From Utricularia gibba (Eukaryota; Plantae; Magnoliophyta), in the NCBI GenBank assembly GCA_002189035.1, contig NEEC01000019.1, positions 1,922,001 to 1,986,000 on the forward strand: 64,000 nt of DNA, written 5' to 3'. The translations under genes and the position numbers were made by a program. Position 1 is the first letter of the stretch, and each line of letters starts with the position of its first letter. This document shows, piece by piece, positions 12,350 through 23,757 of this stretch. Below the pieces are notes generated by a model. That model saw only the letters and a program-made list of their open reading frames with translations. It did no database searches and was not told where the DNA came from.

Positions 12350-14360
12350 TTCAATTTACTAAAGGTATGTATCCCTCTTCGATACATGTTACGTGTGCAA
12401 GGCTTCTTTCTTGAAACAAATGAATCCATGCTCCTGTGAGATGATCTCTCCATGCATTTCATCCAAACCAAACGTTCTCCATGTCTTCTATTCACTTGAA
12501 CCTCTTCTGTCTCGCTGCATACTCATTGCTCTGTTTCTTTCCAGGGAAGTTGCTTCCATCACTGCCAGGATTTTAGAATCTCAGGACCCAGTTTTGCATC
12601 ACGTAAACACAAAAAGGAAACAGTGCAGAGCGGGGAAGCCGAAAGTGAAAGCTTGCATGCTTATATTCTATATTCCTTCCGGTCGTTCATTCCTGGAGTA
12701 TAGAAGCCCATGTTCTGATAGTCTTTGGGGCTACTACCTCTCATTGGGCCTACTGTATTGGGCTACAGGCCCATTCTCCTCAATGAAGTCTTGTTGATCA
12801 ACTCTCATGTCCACACCAGGTTTCAACTTTAAAAAAAATAACTGTTTTCTCATGGTTGTAAGCGTTTTCAATACACAAAAAATCAGAAACATTGTAGAAT
12901 TTCTATTTTTTAATAATTTGTAATATATCACTGTATTGGAAGTATTTTTCTTGCTTTTTAAAAAGTAAAAAAGTATTATATTCAACAGTTTAATAATGCT
13001 TCAATTGAGTGCTTAATGCATTTTAACATAAGTTTTCGATTTAAAATTTAGAGCTAGTTTGGTTGGAGTCTTTAATTTGTTTGATATTAAATAAGATTTA
13101 GATTAATTTAAAAAAAATATGAGTATATTTTGTAAAAAATGTTATTTATCACGTATTTGATATAAAGTTTTTATAAGTTAATTTATATATAATGTTGCTA
13201 AATTTAAATAAAAATTGATTGAGACTTGAATAATAAAGTAAATTTTTACAGATTATCAAATGAGCCCCTTAGTTGGTGTTGGTATGGCGTTTGCCTCACG
13301 CAGGCTGGGGAAGGAAAAACAACATATCCGGTTCCATTCCTCTTACAAAGGCATGGCTTTCCCCATTTCAAAAGTGGGATCTTTCCTTTTTATCAAAAGG
13401 GTATGTGTGTGTCTATCCACCGCACTTTACTAAACAATATGCAATCCTTGAGTGTTAGTTGGGTGGAAAAAGGCATGAATGGAGCCCTCGCTGATCATAC
13501 CACATCTGCGTTATCAGGGCTTTTCAGCTTTTTGTCCATCGATAATTCTTCCGTTTTTTTTTTACTCAATCAATGGGACTGCGAGTACGTGTTCTTGTTC
13601 TGAGTTCTGGTTCAGAGGTCCACAGCTTACTCAGCCCACGACGCCACAGCTTTTATGCGTCTCAAGAGGGAAAGAAGACCACGGGGCATGCACCAAAGAA
13701 GAAAATTCTTATTCGGACTGAATGGTGGCTTTTGAAAGAAAGTGTGAAGGGACTTGGAATTCCAAATATAGAAAGAGCCAAGTTAGTAGTGAAGTCCAAG
13801 ATTCAAAAGTCGCACCCCCTTTTGATGCTCTCCTGTCATCTCATCTCCTTAGTGGGTTCCCCCTCACCTTTGCTTTGTATCTGTTCCCCCCTTGGAGTTC
13901 TGCTTTTTATGACCCCCACTTGCCTGGGTTCCAAAAGTATGATAGTGCTCAACAAGTAAAAGCTCTATTTTGCTCTGGATTCCAGAACTAAACACGATAG
14001 AACCCAAGCAGGGACAATCAAGGATTACGGTAGCAAAATTATGGAATTGAGTGTACATGCGCGGGTAGCATTATTGGCCTTTAGTTTTTGAATTGTGTGA
14101 TGTTCGTGTTGCGAGAGTAGTCAACCGGTGGTTGGCTTTAGATATGGTTTTCCTGATTAAGCAAGCACTGTACCCGGCTATTTCAATTGGCTGATTGCTT
14201 GTCTGAGTAGGCAACTAAATACAACGACCACTCAAATGATTTCTGTCATTGCCAGTTTCCCTCGCACACAGCTTACAGACAAGCCAAACTTGTCTGAACG
14301 GCATCGCTTTCTTTTGGTAAAAGACTGTATGAATGAAGAGGAAGATTGGTGTGTGTCTGT

Positions 14361-16524
14361 CTAAGAGGGCCTGGTAACCGTATGCTGCAATCCATTTGTC
14401 TGCAAAAAGATCCTTCGCATCAACGGGAATCCTGATGATGCTGCTGCAGAAGCAAGCAATGGATTTTGAAGAATCCTCGTTTGTCCCATGCCCACTTCTC
14501 CTCCTGCATTTCTCACCTGCTGATGAATCTGAAGTAAAACAGAATAGGGGTCAAAAAAATACACATCTAAGCTGATTGGGATCAGGATTGTCAGATAAAA
14601 TTTGGACACTAACGTTGTTGTAGCCTTGAAGGGTGAATGGTGCATGAACCAGGTGGGGAGGCTTAGCTGTCTTCCCTGCTGAGTTGATGTGAAGCTGAAA
14701 CGCCGTCTGCATGTCACCGTGTCCCGGCGGAAGATGACTGAAACCAAGCTGCTGTTGCTACAATCACCACACCGCACGTGTGAAGAACTAGAGTGAAGGA
14801 AAAAGCAGCGACTGGTTCGACTCATTTAAGTTACCTCAGGCTGATACAGAGCTGCCCTGCAACTAGGATCAACTTCTGACGCAGAGAGGGATTCCCCGTT
14901 CCCTAAACTCAGATCAAGATTGTGATCTGGGGCGTTGTTGGAGGAAGACTCTGTCAAACCACATTTCTAATAAGAACAGCACATGAAGCACCAAAGCAAG
15001 AAGATATGGAATTAAATTAACGTGTTTTGCAGACGAAATCATTAGTGATCACCTCCTCCTCCAGTTCTGAGCTCCTCCTCGTAAATGCTGGGATCGAAAT
15101 TGGTCACTGCTTCTTTACCATTGCATTTAATGGCGGCTTTATCATACGCCCTAAAAAAAGAGGAATTTTTGCGAAAGAGTAAACTACCCATTTCAGGTTT
15201 GGCGATTTCAATCCCAAATCCTGACAAAACCTCTGATTTTACCCACCTCGCAGCCTCGATTTCTGTATCGAACAACCCCAGATAAACGTATCTGTTTCAT
15301 TTAATTCAAGTCCAGAAGCACCAAGGTTACTCAAATCGAAGAAATTTATGGTGAAGTTTACGATGGTTGCTCACTTTTTGCCCAGAAACTGGCCCATTCG
15401 AGCTTCCCATTTGCCGCATTTGTGCAACGTTACCCCTCTGTATTTGGAGCTTCCTCGGGGAAAACCTGTGCTTTGTCGCCGGAGAACGTGGACAAACTCC
15501 TCTTTACTCAAGTTGCTCATCTGGAGATCGAAAAAAACCCATATGAAAATCGAAATCGGAATCGGGAGTTGTTGAATCGAAGTTACGATGCCTTTTTGAG
15601 GTCTTCAGCGTAATCTTCAAGGCAGAAATTTATGTCAGCTTCAACCCCTCTGAACTTTATCGCAGCTCTATCGTAGGCTCTGCTTTTACAGATACGAGAA
15701 ACAAAAATTAGAGCCGGGTGTTTCGCTTTCCGGAGGTTAACTTCAAGCCTTGAAGGGCTCACTCACCGCGCCGCCGCGTGGGCAGTGTCGAAGCCGCCTG
15801 CAAACCCAAAAAAAAAAAAAAACAGATTCAGAGAAGAAGGCGAGAAACCATAGAAAATGGGATTTTGAACAATCGGGAAACGAACCCAAGTACACTTGTT
15901 TCCCGCAGTCCCTGAAAAGAATTGCGTAGCGTTAGCGTTGAATTATTGTTGCATGTGAAGAGGAAATGGGGAAATGGAATGTTTGTTTGTTTTTCTTTTT
16001 TTGTTTTTGTTTTGATTGTATGATAACAGCTACCATATGTGGGACTCCCAACGCCCGGTTCGCCGGTAAAACGTCACGCCACGGTATTGGGAGCTCCGGG
16101 AGCGTGGCCCACGGCGGCTCTTCTTAAGCCGCGTTGTTTCAACCCCCGCCGATTGACCGGGAAAAGAGTTATTCCCGCCCTTGGAGAACTCGATTCCCAC
16201 CCAGTGGGCCGCCCTCGGGAAATCGGGCGGCGCCTCGCCGCCGACAGCCACCACCTCTGGGTCGCCGGGGCCGACGGGGAAGAAGTTCCGTGTCACCGGC
16301 GACGACTTGGAGTTTGAAGATTGGTCTGTTTCCTCCTCGACTTCAGAACCAACACAGAACCCGAAAATCTTGCTGCTGCTCTTCTTGTTTGTGCTTCTTC
16401 TTGTACTGCTGTCAAACACTTTTTGCTGCTCATCAGCCACGACCACCATAGACGAACCCGAATCCGAACCAGAAAGAACCCCTTTTCCTTTCTCTCCGGC
16501 GGGTTCAAAGTTAAGATCCCACAT
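14361..16524 (-). CDS. AP2: APETALA2-type (euAP2, AP2/TOE3 clade) double-AP2-domain transcription factor
   Basis: Ten exons: 16524-16034, 15911-15886, 15797-15767, 15679-15592, 15520-15375, 15291-15247, 15150-15053, 14950-14835, 14757-14614, 14528-14361. MWDLN start, [38 protein letters not shown], second AP2 repeat, [12 protein letters not shown]-like motif, miR172 site. The ORF-track start at 16563 is a TTG. Confidence 0.95.
14426..14446 (-). promoter_or_regulatory. miR172 target site in the AP2 last exon
   Basis: + strand GGAATCCTGATGATGCTGCTG resembles mature miR172 (AGAAUCUUGAUGAUGCUGCAU), so the mRNA carries the complementary site; it encodes AAASSGF as in euAP2 genes. Confidence 0.92.
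15521..15591 (-). other. GC-AG intron in AP2
   Basis: AAA AAG|GCATCG ... CTCCAG|ATG restores [14 protein letters not shown]. The nearby GT donor gives an immediate stop. Confidence 0.9.
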
Positions 16525-19453
16525 TTTATTCCTGGGATCACACAAGCCACAAAAAAAGCCCAAAGAACAGAGTCCTCTCTTTCCCAGCTAAAAGACCCCG
16601 GTCATCCTCTTCCTCTTCTGTAATAAAACAAGCTCCATTAAACAAGAATTGTTCTGCTACAGAAGCAGACGCAAACAGAAGAATTAAATGGATCTCTGTT
16701 ATCTAGACTAGAAAAATCCACATGCCCCCGGCTAACGCATAGGCTGCCCAAATTCTGCACCAACCATGTCCCTGTTTATTCACACGCAGGATCACCCTGA
16801 ATCTGCAAGAAAGAGAATTTATACCTCCAACTTCATTGATGACACAGCCAACCCAAAAAACAAAGAAAGAGGACGGGGAGAACAAGTAGAAGGAAGAGGA
16901 GGAAGAGGAGGAGGAGGAATCAGCCACTTTTTCTTTGCTTCCCTTGAGCTAAACTCCAATCCAGAATCTCCCATGTCTCTCTCCTTACTATTTATGGGTG
17001 CCTCTACCATTCATGGCCCATCCCCTTTACTCCCTCATCTCCACTGCTCCACACATATCCAGTCTCCACTGTCACCTGTCTCCCCTCACCATCCCCCTCC
17101 CTCCCTCAGCCCAAAATCTCCCCATTTATCCATAGCTTCCTTCCTTCCTTCATCAACTCTCATTCCAACCTAAACTCATTTTACCTCTTCCACAGATGTT
17201 CCATTTAGTAGAACTAACTGAACAGAGCCATGCTCAGCTTGCAAAAAGAAAAAATCCACACAAATGATTTAGAAGTTGGATGATTGTTGTGATTTAGACA
17301 TTGACTGGAAAGGGTTTATTATGAATGGAAAAGAGACACCCCTCAAAGTAGAAGGTACACACTACATATTTATTTTGTTACTCTTTGGGGGCCAATGGAT
17401 TTATGACATAGTACTAGATTAGGCACGACCACCACTCCTCACCTTCTCGTAGCATCATTTTCCCACACAATTAATTATTTATGGAATTAAAGACAAAAAA
17501 ATGTGCTGATAATACCATATATATATATGGTATTGGGTCTAAACAACAACACCTAACGTTGGTTACGAGTGTGAGAGTAGATGTAATTAAATAGATGAAT
17601 CTTCATAATTTTATGTGACATATTTTTTTCGTAATATAATTAGATGTCATTTAGGCCTTAAACCCTATTTCCTAACGTCATCATTTTTCTTTACAACGGC
17701 AGAATATCATTATTACAATCAATTTCAGAAATAATGTATTAAGTTCATAAAAAATATATTGTTCTCCCAAAAAAACAGAAATTAAGTAAAAAAACACGTG
17801 TCGTGTTGGGGGGGAATAAATTCATGTAAGAAGATGAATTAATAAGGGAGCAATAATTAATGATATGGACAAGGACCATACTTTAAAATTTGTATGTATG
17901 GTCCAATAGAATAATGCAACAATGTCTGTGAATTATTTTCTCGTTACGCCACCATAAATGACTCAATTATACCCTACCCGCACCAACATTACTTTATACT
18001 GGCTACCCCTCGACCCCTCACACGACATGCTCACCATGCTCCTCCTTCATTACACTAATTGTATCACTACTCTCTTGGGTCAATTTCTACTTCACTCTCA
18101 CGCTAATATAAAAAAAAAAAAATAGTTTTTTTTATCAGATTTCTAAATCATATTACTATTTCCATATTTTTAGTGTCTTGAGTGGGTGTTTTTTCACTAG
18201 ATTTCAGAGGAGGATGAATCTTGCGCGGCACATGGTCCAGGTAAATAATAAAGTTGTTATATAATTCTGGAAGATTCCCGTCCCGTTCTAACACACACAC
18301 ACGCATAGTGTCCAATAATTGGACTGGAGCCGCACAGTGCCCATCCATAACTTCCAGGCATTGTGCTAATCCCTAGGAATGTCTAATAACCTGCTACCAT
18401 AAAACATTTTCCATGTTCAATTACTAATTATGTGCCTTCAATAAATTTATGACTCAGTCCCATAGTTTTGAAATGATTTTCGAAACAATATATTGAGGGT
18501 AGTATGAAATCATTATGATTTCAAAAGTATAGCATTAGAATCAATGTTTTTAGTTAACGTGATTTTTACCTTCTCTAATTACATTTTTTGCATGATGAAT
18601 TGTTATATAAAAGTTTGATCATGTTTTATGTAATTCGTTTGATAGTAAGATATTAGTATATTTAAGTATATGTATATATATTCAATTATATATAATATTT
18701 AATATTTGAGAATAAAAATATGAGTAAGTGAATAGTATAGATATAATTAACCTAACTCGTCATTTATGTATATCATTCATATATTTAAAAAATAAATATG
18801 TATATGATATAATCATACAAGATTGGCATATGTATACTAATTAAGCAAATAGTATTATATGTTTAAATTTAAGTATATACATTTTATACGTAACTATCAA
18901 ATACCCTCATAGTATTTCACATGCTTGAAATAATTGAATAAAAATAACACTATACGCTTTTTTTTAATAAAAATCGGAGGTCCAAAGCGAAAGTACTCAT
19001 TTGGCCTCGTTTTTTTTGTAGGAATAAAGTATTCCAGCTACAGTGATATGAATAATGCAAGCAACACTGGTGGCGGCAGCGTGTGGTGTACGAGGTTTGT
19101 GCAAGTAAGGCGGCTGTTGCGCCACGTCGCCTTGCGGTATTTATAATCCTTAAAAACATAAAATAATGAGACTCGTCACGGCGAGGAGTCGTGCCACGCT
19201 GCTCCCTAGCGACGGAACCATATTATATTATCATTATAATATTAAAAAAATGCGTAGTTGGCCATGTTGACGGCGCACCCACTTTATTTGTTCCCGAATT
19301 GTATAAAGCGTCGTATCTGCTAAGATTCTAACCGATCCTGCTTCCAAAGCGTATCGTGTTGTTGTCGGGTTTAATTTGTGTAATTTTTTTTTAAAATAAA
19401 ACCAAGATTACTTTACTTACTGTCGGAATTCATCGTCAAAACACCATCGAAAT

Positions 19454-20018
19454 GGGGCATGCCATGCCCCTACAAGGAAAATGTACATGGTAGGGCATCT
19501 TGTCCTACGCAGCACATGCATTGTTAGGGGGAGTTTAAGGGTCGTCCGTCCGCCCGTCGTCTATGTACAAAATACCCGAATATAGTCTAAACATTTGTAT
19601 CCGGGTTCGAATACCCGAACCGGAATTATGTTTCACATTTCGTTACGTTCATATAAACGAGACCATAAGACGTATCCAATACCGATCACGTGTTGATATT
19701 TGGTGGATCGGATTCGGTATTTCGATTGGGCTCACATAATGAAGGCCCAATTGATAGAGGAGTACAGCCCACTACGAGGTGGAGGCCATGAGCCCCAATT
19801 TGAGCTTCTTACCGGTCTGGTTGACGTGCACCGCGAGGCTTCAAAGGGCACGCGGAAATTGATGATCACATTTTTCAACAATGCATTCCGTGCACGAGTC
19901 GAGACGTTTAGTAGGTTTACACCTGCGACACGTAGACGTGGACACGCTACATGACAAATTCAAATCCCATGCTTCTCAGACGATTCCGACACCGACGCTT
20001 GTCGGACTCCGTGTCGGA
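19454..20018. repeat. Patch of short inverted repeats, possibly decayed MITE remnants
   Basis: GGGGCAT/ATGCCCC (19454-19470), several TACCCGAA/CGGGTTCG motifs (about 19570-19730), and TCCGACAC/GTGTCGGA (19985-20018). No TIR pair with target-site duplication could be defined. Confidence 0.35.
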
Positions 20019-20568
20019 CTTGTTTAAGAAACTCCATCCGAAAGCCAGAGCTTTTCTACACCATCCCCCTCCTTTTTCACTCTCAAAATATTATTATTTT
20101 CATTTACTGTATTTAAAAAAATATTTCTAGAATTTACAATAAATATACAGAAAAAAAGATGGCAATTCTAACTAATTTGAAATTTGTAGCCCCGGTTAGA
20201 AACTTCCATTGATACCGTTGACCAGAGTGGATCAAAAGGGTACGCACTGGTGGGGCCACGTATTCGGATAAGCTGCCTAATTAAGAAATATTAAAAAATG
20301 AGTTTAAATAGGCGTCATTAGGCACTACGTGAAAATAATAATAGCACGCGCATAATGCTTGACTTTCGACGCACTAAAACGCCCTAAGGACGACGCCTAG
20401 ACGACTAAAGAGAGGGTCTAGACGATAGGGGGCAGTGGTTGAACATAATGTAGATCAAAAGGGGCCATTATGTAATTTTTTTTAATTATTTCAAAAAATA
20501 TATTCTTATTATTTTAGTATGAGGTCCAATTCCCGAGTACTACCTAGTAGGGAGCCTAGCCCCGGACG

Positions 20569-20582
20569 CATGCATGCATGCA
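20569..20582. promoter_or_regulatory. Tandem RY motif (CATGCATGCATGCA) about 175 bp upstream of the PPO1 ATG
   Basis: The sequence is seen directly. RY (CATGCA) is the established B3-domain (ABI3/FUS3/VAL) site; function here is untested. Confidence 0.45.
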
Positions 20583-20755
20583 TTAGCTTCTTAACTATCT
20601 GGTTAATGGTGTTTAATTAATCGCGTAATATCTTGATGTTTACACGGGGAAACGCGCTCCGTTGACATTTCTATGTATTTTCTAGACTAACTTAATGCCT
20701 TTAAATTGCTGCTCATTGGCCATGGGGGTTTAACCGGGAACGGTATCTAGTTCTC

Positions 20756-22492
20756 ATGGCTGCGAGCAGCTCCGCCTGTTCCCTGCCTCTTCTTTGCCCC
20801 TCTGGTTTCCGACGCCGGCAACACCATGCTGCCGTCGCTATGAAACCTTTCCGTGTCACATGCACATCGGAATCATCGGAGTCTAGCGCTAAGTTTGACC
20901 GGCGCAACATCCTCATCGGCCTCGGCGGTCTCTACGCTCTCACTGGCTCCTCAAACGTGTCTAATGCTGCGCCGATCTCTGCCCCGATCTGAGTAAATGC
21001 GGGCCACCGGCGGATCTTCCCCAGGGAGTCCCTATGACAAACTGCTGCCCCCCGTTCTCTGACAAGATCATCGACTTTGTGATCCCCGGAAAGACAGGGC
21101 GGCCACGCGTACGCCCTGCTGCGCACTTGGCTGATCGGAACTATATAGAAAAGTTCAACAAGGCCGTGCAGATGATGCGGGATTTGCCGGATAGTGATCC
21201 CCGTAGCTTCAAGAATCAAGCAAATGTTCACTGCGCTTACTGCGATGGCGCTTATGATCAGATCGGGTTCCCTGATTTGGAAATTCAAGTGCATAACTCA
21301 TGGCTGTTCTTCCCCTTCCATAGATTCTATCTCTATTTCTTTGAGCGCATTTTGGGGGAACTCATCGGAGATCCCAATTTCGCCATGCCCTTTTGGAACT
21401 GGGATTCCCCCGCAGGGATGAGGATGCCGGTGATGTACGCCAACAAGACCTCTGCTCTGTACGATAGTCTGCGCGATGCACTTCATCAGCCCCGAAGCTG
21501 ATGGACTTGAATTTCAACGGCACCGATCCGACCATAAGCGATGAGGTGCAGATTCGGAGGAATCTCACCCTCATGTACAGGCAGATGGTTTCGAACGCCA
21601 AAACGAATGAACTCTTCTTCGGAAGTGCGTACAGACAAGGAGACGAAGCAAATCCAGGGAGCGGATCTGTAGAGAGCACTCCTCACGGACCGGTTCATGT
21701 TTGGACCGGTGACAGAAACCAGGACCATTTCGAAGATATGGGGAATTTCTATTCCGCCGGGAGGGATCCCATCTTCTTCGCGCACCATTCCAACATCGAC
21801 AGACTGTGGCAGATCCGCAAAACGCTTGGGGGCAAATTCGCTAAGGACATCAGCGACCCAGATTTCCTCGACGCTTCCTTCCTTTTCTACAATGAAAAGG
21901 CTCGACTCGTCCGTGTCCGAGTCAGGGACTCCCTGAATTTGGAGAACTTGGGGTACGCGTACCAGGACGTGGAGATTCCATGGCTGAAGACCCGCCCAAA
22001 GCCCAGACTCTCCGCAGTCGTCAGGAAGTTGAAGAAGCTCGGAAAATCAAACGCCGCCGAGGAACCCCAGCGCCAAGAGACGTCCTGCCGGGGAAACTCG
22101 ATAGAGTTCTGAGGTTCACCGTGAAGAGACCGACTAAGAAGCGGAGCAGGAAGGACAAGGAGGAGAAGGAGGAGATATTGGTGATACAGGGGATCGAAGT
22201 TGGCAGAGATGTGTATGCCAAGTTCGACGTCTACATCAACGATGAAGATGATGACATCAGAAGCTCGGAGACGGACACCGAATTCGCCGGAAGCTTCGTG
22301 AATGTTCCCCATAGACATGATCACAAGAAGCATGGGAAGAAGATCAAGACAAAGCTCCGATTGGCGATTAGTGATATTCTGGAGGATCTCGAAGCGGAGG
22401 ATGATGAAAATGTCGTGGTCACTTTGGTTCCCACTAGCAACGGCGATGCCATCACCGTTCATGGTATCAAGATCGAGCTACACGATGGTTAA
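20756..22492 (+). CDS. PPO: Polyphenol oxidase copy 1, chloroplastic, intronless; three -1 frameshifts as assembled (pseudogene or assembly error)
   Basis: Four consecutive reading segments are colinear with the intact copy at 23758-25500: transit peptide [14 protein letters not shown], CuA HCAYC...[10 protein letters not shown], CuB HGPVH...[14 protein letters not shown]. Frame breaks fall in C4 runs at 20982-20985, 21490-21493 and 22065-22068. Confidence refers to PPO identity, not functional status. Confidence 0.92.
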
Positions 22493-23263
22493 TTTTTTTG
22501 TCTTGGTGTTTTTTTTATTAAATTGTATTCCAAATAAATAAATGCGGTTGGGTTATTTTTTTAAAAAAAATTATTCTGCAAAAAAGTTTGCATCTTTTTG
22601 AAGATTTTAAATATATATTATTTGAATTAGAAAATGATCACAAAATCATTTATAAAACTTTTTTCTATAAATATAAATTGTTTCACACATAAATTATTTA
22701 AAAGTTCTTATTTTTGCATTAGTGGCCGACAATTACAAAAAATCCAGCTGTTCACTTTTTTACATGAATGCACATGCCAAAATGAAATGAAGATGAAAAG
22801 TTAAGTTTGTCTGTAACAATTTTCTATTTAAAGAAAGCTTTTTAGAAATAATTTTATTATCAAATATAACATACTTTTATTTTCAAAGGTTCATACCTTT
22901 AAATATGCTTGTTTTTTTTTTAAAAAACATGTAAATAACTTTAGAATTGATTTTATTAAAATTGATTGAATAATTGATATATATTTGAAATTATTTTTTA
23001 AAAATTATTATTATAGAATTGAATAATGTTTATAAGTTATCCATATGATTTTCATAGAATTGAATTGATTATAAAAAATTAATTCTCGTAAAATAGTGTT
23101 AGATATGTGTTTTTTAAAATAATAAAATTGATTTTAATTGAATAGAATTAGTATCCAAAGTTCACCATACAAACGTTACTTTCATTTTATTAAAAAATTT
23201 TTTTAAAAAAGAATGAAATAGATTGTCGGATTAGAATGCATTATATTGAGAGAGACAAATACC

Positions 23264-23271
23264 CACGTGGC
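23264..23271. promoter_or_regulatory. G-box/ABRE (CACGTGGC) about 490 bp upstream of the PPO2 ATG
   Basis: Exact motif in a locally GC-richer island within an AT-rich spacer; function untested. Confidence 0.4.
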
Positions 23272-23757
23272 ATGTTGAATGGCGGCGGACATTTCCAGTG
23301 TCCGTGGTCAAATCTGCGTCCTTATGAATGGGAATGCTCTAAATTCAAGCGAGCCTCAAACTATAGATCTCAGATCTTGTTGTCTTAATAAATTTGTAAA
23401 TTAATTACCTTTTGGATTTGATTATATGTTTTTTATTTAAAAAATCGAACTCTAACTCGATTACCCGATGAAGGATGGATCCGGGTGGGTAATCGGGTTG
23501 GGGCATAGGCTTTATCGAGGTCACAGTCGTGGGGGTAGATAAACCCAACTCAACACCTAATCCAGATCCATTATTTTTTTATTATTTTATTTTCTCTGAT
23601 ATCAATTAAAAAATACAAAAAAACGGGCTGCTGACGATTCTTCGTCTTCCATATGCTTTAAAACGAGCGAAAGTTTAGACAATTCAGCGAGTTTTTGGGG
23701 CGGCTTTATTAAATTGCAGAGTGGGCACAAGATATTTCACCATCGGAAAGATTTATC

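Noticed and set aside
13573-13959. 128-aa ATG ORF downstream of AP2
   Set aside because: No family motif or supporting splice structure I can recognise; the length is compatible with chance.
16039-16623. Several + strand ORFs opposite AP2 exon 1
   Set aside because: GC-rich antisense shadows with low-complexity translations.
19601-19620. GGGTTCGAATACCCG resembling a tRNA T-arm / B box
   Set aside because: The stem-closing base is wrong and no acceptor, D or anticodon arms can be folded; it is part of a local ACCCGA repeat patch.
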